Source of the DNA: Oikopleura dioica | Lineage: Eukaryota > Animalia > Chordata | DNA length: 64,000 nt | Direction: 5' to 3' | Assembly: GCA_907165135.1 (NCBI GenBank) | Contig: OU015569.1 | Coordinates: forward strand, 2,728,001 to 2,792,000 | In this document: piece by piece, positions 37,853 to 50,400 of the stretch | Layout of the letters: every line of letters begins with the position of its first letter | Numbering within the stretch: position 1 is the stretch's first letter | Notes under the pieces: generated by a model | The model's input: only the letters and a program-made list of their open reading frames with translations | Database searches by the model: none | What the model was told of the DNA's origin: nothing | Made by a program: the position numbers and the translations under genes

Positions 37853-40800
37853 TTATACCTTTGAGAGAATATCACCTAATTTTGACTTTTTCTTTGACGA
37901 TATTATCTTTGTCACATCATTGATTATTTTCGTGGCAAGTTTATCAGTCATTGATAGAAAACTAAGCTCTCTTAGAGAGTCTGCAGACCGTTGATCGGTG
38001 ATTTCGACCGATGCGGCGATCTCGCGGAGCCTACTTCTTGCCAGAGCTTGCCTTAAGCCTGTTGTTTTTGCTTTTGATTCTTTCTTGAACGCGTTTCTTA
38101 GGGAACGAGTTGAAGAATTTGTTCTGGTTAATGGAAAATTCTTCGTCCGACTGCACTCAAGAAGACTTGGTCTATGAGTGCTTGGTTTGCGTGCGATTTT
38201 TTGGAAGCGTGATCGTGTGACATTTTCAGTTTTCGTAAGCGCCTCAAGGTGACCATTTTGCGATTGTTTTATCATTTCCATCGTTTCTTCGTGATCTTGC
38301 AGATATTGATTCTCCGGTGTGTCCATCGAATTTTGAATTTCTGTCCCGTTGACATGATTGTAAGTGTAGTCGGAATCTTGTATATCCTCACTCACATTTT
38401 CATGACCATAACTTTGCAGGTGCGAAGAGCAATCTGCTTCCGCTCCTAATTCATTCACTGAAGACGTCGATAATTGAATTTCTGAATCCTCATCAATCGT
38501 AAGAGAACTTATATCTGGCACAGAAGGCGCTCGTTCGTTCATTATGTCGAAATCTGATGAAGATGGTACACTTGGAACGCATCCGTTCATTATGTCGAAA
38601 TCTGATGAAGACGGTACACTTGGAACGCATTCGTTCATTGTGTTTATATGGTCAAGATCAGGGTCTCGAAAAATACGAGGCCAGGCGGCAGCCACAACCC
38701 ACTCATACTCTTTTGGTTTCCACCTCTTAGAGACCCACCTCCGCTGGCCGCCAGGGTTCAGCGGCCACTTGGTGATTCATCTTGCGTTAACGCGACCCAG
38801 TCCGAATTTTACATTATCCGAGGCTGAAATTCGGTCTCCAGTGGAATCCAGCGGCCAGCGGCTGGCTTTGCCGCCAGAGCGTGGATTCGAAAAATGAATG
38901 GAGGCCGTAAGCGAAGGGCGCGCGGAGTATGAATAAATCCTCGCCGCCGCATGGCTGCCAATTTTTCGAAACCCTGGTCAAGATTCATCACACTTGGAAC
39001 TCGACCATAAAAACCTCCGTTAAATCAGTCAGTTCAGAGTTATTCGCCTGAACCTCATCGTGGGAATAAACAGAAATGGTGTCAATATTAAGAATTGACG
39101 GAGCTGTGCCAAGCGGTTCATTTAGATTATCAAGTCTCTCGAGATCAAGAACACTGAAATGCAAAATTAACTTTAATTCAATCAATCTTGAACGAATAAA
39201 AACCTTGGTACTTGAAGAAGATTAACAGGAGCTTCATTGGGGTCAAAGTCATAGTTAGACACAGCATCAATAGAATCGATATTCATGACGCTTGGCGCTG
39301 GACCAAGTGCGCATAAATCATCTGGTGGTGGTTCAACAGGCATCATAGAGACGCCAAACTCGGACATCGTCTAAATACTTTAACAATTAATCCTTATCCA
39401 AGATTTTATCGAACAAATTGCTTAAGGGTAACAATCACGTAAAAAATAAGGAAAGAGTGAAAGAAAAGGATAAACATCGTAGAACATTGACATCATAACA
39501 GAACTTCTCATCCACGACGACGACTTAAAAAGAAAAATGAACTCCACATCATATAATTCGATTTTACCACAAGTTTTTGGAAACAACGATGTGAGAGAGA
39601 CAAATTTTCCACACAGTAATTCGTAATAACCCTGATGTCGTCCACCTTGATTGTAAGATCGTCTTATTCTTTGTTGGAGACGTAGCTCATCATATGCACG
39701 ATGAAGTTGATATATTCTGTAGTCTAAACACCTCGTCATTTCCAAAACATCTATTGTTTCTTTAGATATTTGATTCCAATTTGAAGGCTTGTCAAGTTTT
39801 TGGAAGAAAAACTTTTAACCAATCGTTCAGCTTTTAATCTGAGCCATTCTTTCGAAGAGATCGTCTTAAATATAACAGCAAGCTCAAGAGGCCTCTTAAC
39901 CATAAATTTTGCAATTTCTCGATCGTCTAGATCAGAGCTGGTTATTTGATAACTGTCGTCACTCGAAAAGAAAAAGAATTAATTTTTAGAGAAATTTTGG
40001 AGACTTTTAAAGCGCTTACTTCTATTATCTTTTTCTAAAGCTTTCTGAAGATGATTGAACGAGACGAACGCGAAAGATAGAAAAACGACGCGTAAATATT
40101 AATTCGCACACTAAAATTTTTTGACAGATCATAGGACGCGAATTCGACAGCCATGATCCCGATTATAATCGAAAATTCATATGATAAGCGGTACCGCACA
40201 TTCAAAAGAGCAATTTATGACAGGCCCGCCCTGAAAATGGAAAACGAAAAACGACTCGACAGTCATAGTGGCTTCGGTTCTTTCCAATATATCTTCTAAT
40301 GCCCTGTACATTTGCTTTGGAGCAAACTCAGGGAGTTGGCTTTGCACGACACGAGACATCATAAAGGTAAGATTCGCCATGGTCCCCGAGCCATCATTTG
40401 ACACTTCGAAGGAATTAAGGAATCGTGGGATTTTTCCAAGGTATTGTTTTCGAGCATCCATGGTTTTAACTAAGCAGATCAATTTTTATACTTTTGAAGC
40501 AATAATCAACGATCAGAAAGCAGAAAAAGCGGGTGTGCGCTCCGCGCCTGTCTTAAAGGAAACCCGCAACTTTCTAGAATTGATGGCCTTGAGGGCGTTG
40601 TTGAATTCAGGTTATAGGGACTTTTGCTGATTTCTAAAATGGTCTTTATAGCCTCGATGGCCATGATGTCCTTGATGGCCTTGTCGACAATCTCTTTTTC
40701 TTTTATCGCCAGAGAGAAATGAAAAAAATCGGTCAAAACGAAAAACACAAAGAAACCGACTTAAGCCGACCACCCACCGACCAAACCCCACCACCGATCA

Positions 40801-42660
40801 AATCAAAAAAAAAATCCATGGTAGGATCGTTCGGTGCCAATATAAACCCCACCATTTCCGACTAGGTCGAGTTTTTTGGTCGGGTCGATGGCCTTGATGG
40901 CCATGCTGGCCGTGATGGCCTTGATTGCCTTGTTGACAATTTCAGGTTCATCCCTATTAAAGGTGTAACGAACGTTAGTGATCATAATTCTCGGTCCGAC
41001 CCAGAGTTGCAGATTTTTGAAAATTTTTTGTGAGCTGAGCTAGCTGAGCTGTGGTCGAAATTGAGCTGAGCTGGCCCCTTGAAAAGCAACTGAGCTGAGC
41101 TGGATTTTTTCGAAAAAAATGAACTGAGCTGAGCTGAGCTTGGGCTAATTTGAAAATTTTTGAGCTAAGCTGAGCTGACAATTTTTTTAAGCTGAACTGA
41201 GCTGAGCTGGCCCCTTGAAAAGCAACTGAGCTGAGCTGAATTTTTCGAAAAAATGAGCTGAGCTGAGCTGAGCTTGGGCTAATTTGAAAATTTTTGAGCT
41301 GAGCTGAGCTGACAATTTTTTTAAGCTGAGCTGAGCTGAGCTGGCCCCTTGAAAAGCAACTGAGCTGAGCTGGATTTTTTCGAAAAAAATGAGCTGAGCT
41401 GAGCTGAGCTTGGGCTAATTTGAAAATTTTTGAGCTGAGCTGAGCTGACAATTTTTTTAAGCTGAACTGAGCTGAGCTGACCCCTTTGAAAACAACTGAG
41501 CTGAGCTGAGCTGAGCTGGATTATTTCGAAAAATTTGAGCTGAGCTGAGCTGAGGTTTATCTGTTAGTTTTTGAGCTGAGCTGATGATTTTTCAAACTGA
41601 GCTAGCTGAGCTGAGCTTACAATTTTTTCAAGCTGAGCTGAGCTGAGCTAGCTGAGTTGAGGTTAAAATTGAGCTAGCTGAGCTGATCTGACTTTTCTCG
41701 AAGAACCATTGAGCTGAGCTGAGCTGAGCTGGCCCCCTTGTAAAGCATCTGAGCTGAGCTGAGCTTGGGCTTATCTGAAAATTTTTGAGCTGAGCTGAGC
41801 TGACAATTTTTTTAAGCTGAACTGAGCTGAGCTGACCCCTTTGAAAACAACTGAGCTGAGCTGAGCTGAGCTGGATTTTGTCGAAAAAATTGAGCTGAGC
41901 TAAGCTGGGGTTTATCTGTTAGTTCTTGAGCTGAGCTGAGCTGATGATTTTTCAATCTGAGCTTGCTGAGCTGAGCTGACAATTTTTTCAAGCTGAGCTG
42001 AGCTGGGCTAGCTAAGTCGAGGTTAAAATTGAGCTAGCTGAGCTGAGCTGACTTTTCTCGAAGAACCATTGAGCTGAGTTGAGCTTGCTTTCTTCAGAAA
42101 AATTAAGCTGAGCTGAGCTGAGCTGACCCTCACCTCGAAATCGCTGAGCTGAGCTGAGCTGAGCTGTAGCTCATCTAGCTCATATAGCTCACCTCAGCTA
42201 GCTCACAAAATTTGTAACTCTGGTCCGCGCTATTCCGATTTACGGAAAAATGTAAAATGAGGGAATTATAATGGCCTAAATTCCCTTTTATAATTTTAGA
42301 CTTGTAATAGATATATCTGTTTAAAAAATAAGTCAAACGATAATTATAATAAATAAGTATAAGAAGGACCACCGAACATACTGTTTTTTCAGAATTTTTT
42401 TCTGCGCGAGGCCCATCTAGGCCAAAACCGTGGGGGAAGTCTTTAAAGCATACCTTCTGTCTTCGTTTGAATTCTACTTTCTTTGGAGTCAGTCGTTGGC
42501 AGGATTTCTTCTGTTTTTGATTTTTTCTGCAATTAACAAGCGTCTTATATAATTTTAAGAATAAATATATATATTTAGTATACCTGTCACTGGTATCGAA
42601 AATTATTAACAATCTTTCTCTTAGCTTTCTCTTCTTCTCTTTCAATTTTGTGTGTTTCAC
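37853..42660 (-). CDS. Multi-exon cargo gene(s) of unknown function with internally duplicated exons
   Basis: Minus-strand ORFs 42175-42660, 40803-40985, 40506-40748, 40177-40482, 39422-39745, 39182-39367, 38988-39185 and 37853-38695; paired modules EIV(D/N)KAIK and (G/P)xAPS(V/I)xNID. Confidence 0.45.
38521..38640. repeat. 48-bp tandem repeat (about 2.5 copies) encoding 16-aa units
   Basis: attatgtcgaaatctgatgaagayggtacacttggaacgcatycgttc repeated; translates MN(E/G)CVPSVPSSSDFDI. Confidence 0.9.
41002..42222. mobile_element. hAT-type element filled with (GAGCT)n higher-order satellite
   Basis: TIR cagagttgcagattt / aaatttgtaactctg; imperfect 8-bp flanks gtccgacc / gtccgcgc; ~135 bp and ~360 bp higher-order repeats of GAGCT runs. 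Confidence 0.8.
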
Positions 42661-43370
42661 AGAATTAACTTTCTCGAAGTGAACTGCCAGCCAGAAATTA
42701 GTTTGGAAATTTTTTTTTCATACTGTGATTTTGATTGATGCATCCATTAAATAATCATTAATGAGCGAGGTAGTTCCGGAATCGCGAGCGCATGTGTACA
42801 CTTCACCGTCGATCGATATTGAAACAAAAAATTTTCAAAATCAAATGAGCAATATTTTTGCTCAAAATTATTATTTTCAAAATTAAAAAAAATAAAAAAA
42901 TGTAATTTAACGGCAAAAAAAATTGTTCTCAAATGACCTCAGATGACCTCAGATGACCTCAAATGACCTCAAGTGACCTCAGAGCACTATTTGATTACTT
43001 TTTTGTAGTTTGTAATTTAATAAAAGTATATGCTTTGTATTTGCGAAATTAGTGCAAAACTAATCCTCAAAAAAAAATTTTTACAGCCCAAATGTTGCCC
43101 GATTTGCTTCAATTTTCGCAAGCACATAGATTCGACTATAGAGATTCCAAAAAAAAATAAAAAAAAAATTTTGTTATGGAAAAATTTTGCTCTATGAGCA
43201 GTTAAAATTTCGGAATTTCAACCTTTATCAAGTCCAAATGTCGAAAATTTCGAAGATTTGAGCAGACTCTAAAAACGTTTTTTATACAGTTTGAGAAGCT
43301 CTTTCAGATGAGCCAATCAGAAAAAAAAAAATTTTTTTCGACCTGCCACAATTGGAGACTTCTACCTCAG

Positions 43371-45332
43371 GATAATACGCGGGGAAATAGTCGCATATAT
43401 CGATTTCGAAGAAAGGCCTTAAATTTTCCTTTCCAAGAGCCTAATTTGTCAGTTTTACCCATCGCAGCAAAGGTACTCGTTCGAATCGATGTTGTCAGGG
43501 TCAACACAGTGACGAACACGTTTTCTGTCTTCATAAAATTCAAAGTTTTGGAGCTCATTGCGTTCGTCACAGCCGTTACTCCAGCCAGCCCAGAGTGTCC
43601 AAACACCCAATTTTGCGTTTTCTTTATTTGAAGTTCAATTTTATCTTTTGGCGAAATAACTTCTCTGTGTTAAAACTAAACGTTCCTGGGCATTTTCCCT
43701 CTGGAAGAGGTCCTCTTCGTCTTCGGGTAAGACTATCTCCTCTGTTACCACTGTTTCCACAGCATATTTTCAGTTCCGCTCTACCGTAGCGATTGTGACA
43801 GTCTGATCCAGGTCCGGTTATGTGAGGCTCGTAAGGCAGAAAGTAGTAGGGGAAGTTCGAAGACTGTCCATTCAATCGAGTTATTTGAAAGCGAGTTTCA
43901 TGTTCATTCAGATTTCCAGGGTTCAGCTCTCTACAACTTTGAGAAATAGTTCATTATTTTTTAGCTTACCCGATTCCACATGTTAAGGGTGTCAATGGAA
44001 GTTCATCTTCATTTAACCAACCAACTGGCTCCGCATTTCCCGGCACTCTTCCATCAAAACCAAGGTACTTGCAAACAGCATTTTTTGTATGTTCTGAAAA
44101 TTTCAACAAAGATTTATCTACACAGCCTTTATTCGTTGCTTACAATTCTCTCAGTGACAAGAGGGTCGCCAATCATTCCTAGCTCTTTTGTTTCTCCATC
44201 ACGAACTTTTATAATAAAGGTTAGAGCAAAAACTTAGAGATTTTTCTTTGAATAATTAACCCTTTTCCATGAAAAAAACTCGGCCGCAATCATAGCCTTC
44301 CAATCGCAATGTTTTGAGATTATCAGGGATTTCGATTTCGATGGTTCTGATTGAGCTAGTCGTCGTTGATGTTGTCGTCGTCGTTGTCGTTGTTGTAGTC
44401 GTTGTTGTAGTCGTTGTTGTAGTCGTTGTTGTAGTCGTTGTTGTAGTCGTTGTTGTAGTCGTTGTTGTAGTCGTTGTTGTAGTCGTACTCGTGGTGGTAG
44501 ATGTTGTTGTCGTGCTAGTGGTAGTTCTTTTAGTTGTTGATGTTGTGGTTGTGCTCGTTGTTGTCGTGGTGGTTGTTGTTGTAGTTGTCGTAGTTGTTGT
44601 TGTTGATGTTGTGGTGGTGGTTATTGTGGTGGTTGTTGTTGTCATTGTTGTGATCATAGTTGTCGTCGTTGTTGTCGTCGACGATATTGTGGTTGATGGA
44701 GTCTTGGTATTAGAAGTAGTGACAGTTTTCTCAGTTGGCTCAGTAGAAGTTGCAATGGTAGTTTTGATGCTAACAAAGGTAGTTGTTTTTCTTATGGGTC
44801 TAGGCGTCGTCTTCAGAGTCGTTTTGTTAGGAGTTCTTGTCGGAGCTAACGGATATTTTGCCATAGTCTGCTGGTCGTAATCTGGTGGAGGATCTATCTC
44901 CGGTCTCTCTACTTCCCGCTCTGGTTCTTTCTTGCTTGAATCACAGACCAATCGGTTTCCACATCTTTTGCAGTAAATTTTCCTTCGTCCAGAAGTGTGA
45001 AAATCTATTTCCAATAGAGTCCAATAATCACTTCACATGGCTGAAACTAGACCTGCTTCGAGCGTTAATCTCTCATGATCAGTTTTTTCAGCCCGTCATT
45101 GAAACACTCAATACTTACATCTGAGTCGGCGTAATAAAGTCTTCGGTCGACGAGAAGATTAATCTTGTACCAGCTGGCATCTTGATTCGAAGGGGGAGAT
45201 CTTGGGCAGGCTATTACGACACTGGCTGATCAAACTTTTCACTCTACCCTAAAAGCCCTTCCTTCTTGGCCTTCTTCGAAGACTCGACCTAGACGCAACA
45301 CAAAGAGATATGATAAAGAGGACGCATTTCAT
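43371..45332 (-). CDS. 5' part of a secreted/membrane Thr-rich mucin-like glycoprotein with SRCR-like and lectin-like Cys domains
   Basis: Signal peptide MKCVLFIISLCVAS at 45332; ~110-residue poly-Thr tract; VCKYLGFDG SRCR-like motif; Cys-rich segments; reading frame cut by the TIR at 43365. Confidence 0.6.
44360..44700. repeat. Coding low-complexity repeat (gttgttgtagtc)n giving poly-Thr
   Basis: 12-bp unit repeated about 9 times plus degenerate ACN codon runs. Confidence 0.9.
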
Positions 45333-45562
45333 TCTCTCGGTCTCTGCTCTGCTCCCTGTCAGGAAAAAAGACGAAGTCGCCAAGCGCGCGTGGCACTGCT
45401 TCCCTTCCACGCCATATTAATTGAAATAATAAACAACAACTCGTCAATGACCATGGAATCAAATCTATTCAGAGTTCACCCTGTTTGTGTAGCCAATTAG
45501 CCAAGAAATACAAATGCGATGACGTTTGGACATATTTTGAAAACGTTTCCGTTTTTGACATA

Positions 45563-47190
45563 CAGTGAAACCCCAACTTAAGGCCACTTTTTGGATGACA
45601 GCTAATTTGAAAAGTGGCCTTAAGTTGGGTGATTCTCCAACTTAGTTGGATGACGCTAAAATTTTTCTCTTTCTGGAGTAAGGGACTGAATCATGGGAAT
45701 CAAAAATGAAAGGCGGAGGGTCTTATCAGAAATTTCTCGCACGAACCATGTATGAATTGTAAAAACTAAATGCGCTATTTGAATCAAACCTTAGGTTATT
45801 TTTTCATTCTCTTAAAAATATATTTGCTGCAAACATGTCGCAAGAAGAAAAGAGAATCCACATGACATATGCCTAGGGTTTCTCACGGGAAAATGGTAGT
45901 TATCACTTTTTTCTGAAATTTTCACTGTAGGCATAATTTGACCCGCTGATTCCAAAAATACAAAAATCAGAGGCGCTGGTCAAGGTTTTTGTGGTGCGGC
46001 GCGCGCTGTCTTGGCGCATTTGGTGCAAGGGTGATTTTTCAGTGAAAATTTCCCAAAATAGTTTTCTATAGGTTTTTGAACATGGTGAACACGATACTCA
46101 TAGTTATTTTAGCTAAATAAGAGTTATTATTAAACATGAGTATCTTACAACATATGCGACGCTGATTTCTCCGGAAAAAATATGAATAGCCTGCTTTGAC
46201 TTCTTTGTTAAATCTCTGGAGAAGTTTTGATTCCTTGTCCCGAAGGAATATGCTCTTTTACTTTTGTTAATCTTGACCCTTGTTGCAAACCGATGTTCAG
46301 AAACTAATTGACAATTAGCTTTTTTCGGAATTTTCGATGGTAAGTCACATTATTTACAATGAAATTATCATATTGGAATCGGAAATCCCCCAATTATTGC
46401 ATCGAACCACTTTATTTCGTCACCTTCCACAGAAAGGTTCGGACTGCTCTCCGGGGGAGTGAGTAAATATGCGCGTTTTCAGCCCAGGCGGTGACCCCGT
46501 GCGCGACTCCAGCGCCCGCGCAACGCCAGAAAGTTCTAGTTAAATGCAGATTTCCGGGTGTCCTACCAGATCCTGCTATTCCAAAATTTTAGAGGTGATT
46601 ACTAAGTGCCTAAAGTTTATCATATTCGAAAATGAAGAGTGTGCTAAAGTGTGATCAGTGTTTGGGAGGCGATTTTCCAAAAAATTCCCCCCTTTTCGCC
46701 TTTTTTCAACATTAACTTAAATTATAATTATTAATTATTAATGTACACCTTCGATTTGGTACTATCTGTGAGTTTCATGAAAAAATATAGACAAATTGTG
46801 AAGATTAAAATCGCGGTGAGAAGGCGTTCCGAGCCCCGCGCGCTCCCGTGAAAAACCCTACATATGCCGAGAAAAAAAAAGATATGCAGAGATTCTAGTG
46901 AAGACACCGAAGTAGAGTGATGCAAAGAAGATTATCAATGGGCTATTTCGAAAGAAACATGATGGAAAAGACATTCCGACGCGGACATTTTCTCGACTTT
47001 ATGATCAGCGGAGGAGGAGAATAATTTTGACGAGTTTTTTTTTATTTAAAAGTGAATCTGCGATTTACTCACTGTGAATAAAAATTGAAAAAAAAGTGGC
47101 CTTAAGTTGGATTTTTTTCGGATGACAGATTTCGGGGATTTTTCAAAAAAGTGGCCTTAAGTTGCTCGGCCTTAAGTTGGGGTTTCACTG
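45563..47190. mobile_element. Tc1/mariner (pogo/Tigger-like) non-autonomous element
   Basis: TA|CAGTGAAACCCCAACTTAAGGCC...GGCCTTAAGTTGGGGTTTCACTG|TA; relic MSQEEKRIHMTYAEKKK resembles the start of a pogo/CENP-B HTH. Confidence 0.88.
45874..46860. mobile_element. hAT MITE nested in the pogo-like element
   Basis: Exact 8-bp TSD catatgcc; TIR TAGGGTTTYTCACGGGA. Confidence 0.88.
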
Positions 47191-47456
47191 TAATGGGACT
47201 AAACCAATTTATGGAAGACCATTTCGAAAATTTTGACGTTATTATTGTCTTTCGCGAGCATGAACGGTATTGCAAATTTTTTTCGTTGCAAAGTTCATTT
47301 TGATTTTGATCAGCATCACCAACCGTTTTCGTAAAATCACGCCATCAGTACGTGAAAAACAACGGCGCGCTGAAAAATATTCTTGCAGACTGCCTCATTC
47401 ACCGTTTTTTTTCAAAAACGGAACGCAGCAAAAAGTTAATTTTATTTTTTTCCAGA

Positions 47457-50400
47457 ATGAAGTCGGATAATGTGCGAGTGCATATCCGAATCCGGCCAAT
47501 CTCAAAGAAAGAGATCGATGAAGGTAAGAGAGAGACAAAAGAGCTTTCAATTTAACATAAAAAAAAAGATATTTTTCTTCATCTGTTTTTTAGGGGCACA
47601 AGAGTGCCTTATCGCTGCGGGCCCGCAAATCGACTGTCGAGGTAGCCAGTTTACCTACGACAAAGTATTTGGATACTCCGTCGAGCAAACGGAAATCTAC
47701 AACCAAACGGTAGAGCCGATGCTCGCCAGCTTGCTCGACGGGTTCAACCAGACTGTCTTCGCCTATGGACAGACTGGTTCGGGCAAAACCTACACGATGG
47801 GAGGAGAGTTCGGAAAGCGCGACCGAGAACACGATGGAATCCTCCCACGTGTCGCCGAGGACTTATTCGAAAGGTAAATTTACTCGTTTTTTAATCAATT
47901 TAACAGCTTTGTTTCAGAATTGCCTCAATGGCAGACAAGTACAAAAGTAGCTTGCAGGTCAGCTACTTTGAATTGTACAAAGAAGAGATCCGGGACCTGC
48001 TGAAGCCGGAAACAAGCTCCAAGCTCCTTCAAGTCCGAGAGCTCCCCAACGGCGATACCATCGTCGCCGAGCTTTCCAGAACCGAGGTAAACTCCGCCTC
48101 CGAGCTTCTGGAAAAGCTAAAAGAGGGCAACACTCAGCGCTCCGTCGGTAGCACAAATATGAACGCCACATCCTCTCGTTCGCACGCAGCTTTCAATATT
48201 CATCTGGAGCAACAGTCACATGAAGATCCAGATGATTCGAAATCGGCTGTGCTGCGACTTGTCGATCTCGCTGGTTCCGAGCGTCTCAAACGAACTGGCG
48301 CCGAGGGACAGCGAAAAGAGGAGGGCGTCAATATCAACATGGGTTTGCTGGCGTTGGGCAACGTTATCTCCGCGTTGTCTGATGGCGACAGCCACGTCAA
48401 GTATCGAGATTCGAAGCTGACCCGAATCCTAAAGGTAAGCGCTTTATTCTAATAAACAGTCTTTTAACTATCAATTTAGGATTCTTTGGGCGGTAACTCG
48501 CATACTCTCATGATCGCCTGTGTTTCTCCAGTAGACACAAATCATGACGAGACGATTCAAACCCTGAGATACGCCGATCGCGCGCGCAAGATCAAAAACA
48601 AACCGATCGTGAACCGAGACCCTGTTCAAGCGGAGTTGATTAACTTGCGAAAACAGGTTCAGATGCTACGAGCGAGCGGCGCTACCGAGGTCAACATCGA
48701 TCCTCGCGAAACGCCCGAGTACGTCGAGATGAAGGAGCAGTTGGAGTCGCAGTTGGAGGACTACAAGCTCGCCTTGTCGAACTCGTCAAAGCAGCAGAAT
48801 CGCCTGATGCTGCAGATCGAAGACGAGTGCACCAACAAAACTGCTCTTTCGAACAAACTCGAAAAGCTGAAACAAGCTGCAGAGGCACTCTCGGCCGAGC
48901 ACAACAACATGACAATTATGGAGGATAACTTGGTCGAGAATGGTGACATCGACGAGAACGCTGCCGAGGCGTTCAAGGAGCTCAGAGGTCTTCAGCGACT
49001 CATTCTCGACGTCGACAAAACGCACAAGAAGTCGAAGCGGCTTTCTTACGCGCTTGTGAGAAACGAAGAGAATGATGCAGACGAGAACGACCTGACGGAC
49101 ATCGACGAATGCTCCGGGTTGGACGATTCGAACGAAGCTGAGGAAGGTGAAGCTGCTCTTGACTCGCCGATGCGTCTGCACAAAATCAACGAAGATCTCT
49201 TCGCGCTGCAGACCGACATTGAAACGAAAGAGCAGAACATCAAATGCCTCAGTCTGGACGAGAACAACCCGCACTTGCTTCGCGCCAAGTACGAACGACA
49301 AGTCACAGAGCTTCAAGAGAAGATCGAACGACTTGAGAACGAGCGGCAAGCTACTCTCGCCTCGAAGTCGCACGGGGCGAAAGAGAAAAACAAGAAGCAA
49401 GAGGCGATGCGATTGAACCGGCAGAAGGAGCTTGAACAAGAGATCGCGAAGCTGAAAAAGGCGAAGAAAGAAAAGGAGCGACTGGTCAAAGAAAAACGGG
49501 AGAAGGAGCAGTTCATCGAAAAATTGAAAAAGGAGCTGGAGGATCTCAAATCGAGAAAGGTAAAGTTTTTTATTCCATCTTTTTTCCTTACTCTATTATT
49601 TAGATTCAATTGGTGAAGAAAGCCCGTAATGACCAGAAAAAGTTCTCGGAAGAAGAGAAAAAGTTCAAAAAAGAGATCAACACTCTTCAGAAAGCCGACC
49701 GTCGAAAGGCGAACGACATTATGCGTATGAAACTGCAGCATGAGCGCGTCGCCAACAGACTCAAAATTCAGTCGGCCAAGGATGCATCCGAACTCAAAAA
49801 GCTCAAGATGCTCCTTGCTAAGAGAACAGAGAACTCGGCAAAGGCGAAGGCGCATGGATCTCTTAAATTTGGGTAAACCAGTTTCTTTATGAAAAACAAA
49901 TTTAATCATTTGATTCTAGTCATCTCAAAGAACAGCTTCGAAACGACCTGGAGTGTCGAATGGAGATTAAACGACTCAAGTATCAGGTCAAACTCTGCGA
50001 TAAGGATCGAGCTGAAATGAAGCGGCGTACAAAGCTCCCCGGCGCTTCTGAGAAGATGACCAAGCTCCTGAAGGACAAAATCAAGCGAAAAGATGCTGAA
50101 ATCGCTACAATTCAGGTAATTATTTTTCTTCCTTCCTTCCATCCTACTCTCTTGTTTCAGGAGCAGATCAACTCTGCCGAATCGCACGAGAACCCAGTAT
50201 CTGCGAAGCGACTCCCAATCAAAGATACTGCGGAAGCTCGTAAGCTGATCGAATTCCTCGTCCAGGAATTGATCGAGCAAGGCGGAGATTGTCTCATTCA
50301 GACCGAAGATGCTGACCAATTGGTAAGTAACTTTCAAACAAAAACCTAATTATAACTTTCATTTTTAGAGAGCGAATCTCAAGGAGATCCATGACGAGTT

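Larger units (their letters stand above)
29733..43365 (-). mobile_element. 13.6 kb DNA transposon with ~500 bp TIRs, Sola2-like transposase and cargo
   Basis: Ends GTAGAAGTCTCCAATTGTGGCAGG / CCTGCCACAATTGGAGACTTCTAC; 29733-~30225 mirrors ~42865-43365; CTCAG duplicated at 29728-29732 and 43366-43370. Confidence 0.85.

Noticed and set aside
40975-41451. 158-aa SAQLSS-repeat ORF
   Set aside because: It is a translation of the GAGCT satellite.
41030-42190. Resemblance to immunoglobulin switch-region GAGCT repeats
   Set aside because: No Ig locus context; the repeats are bounded by hAT-type TIRs.
41030-42190. CRISPR-like array
   Set aside because: The spacers are themselves repeated, the DNA is eukaryotic and there are no cas genes.
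29733-43365. Polinton/Maverick interpretation (size and long TIRs)
   Set aside because: No protein-primed polymerase, retroviral integrase, packaging ATPase or capsid motifs were seen, and there is no 6-bp TSD.
44314-44880. 188-aa poly-Val ORF on the + strand
   Set aside because: It is the antisense shadow of the poly-Thr coding tract.
48691-50337. Minus-strand ORFs over KIF4
   Set aside because: They are antisense shadows of coiled-coil coding sequence.
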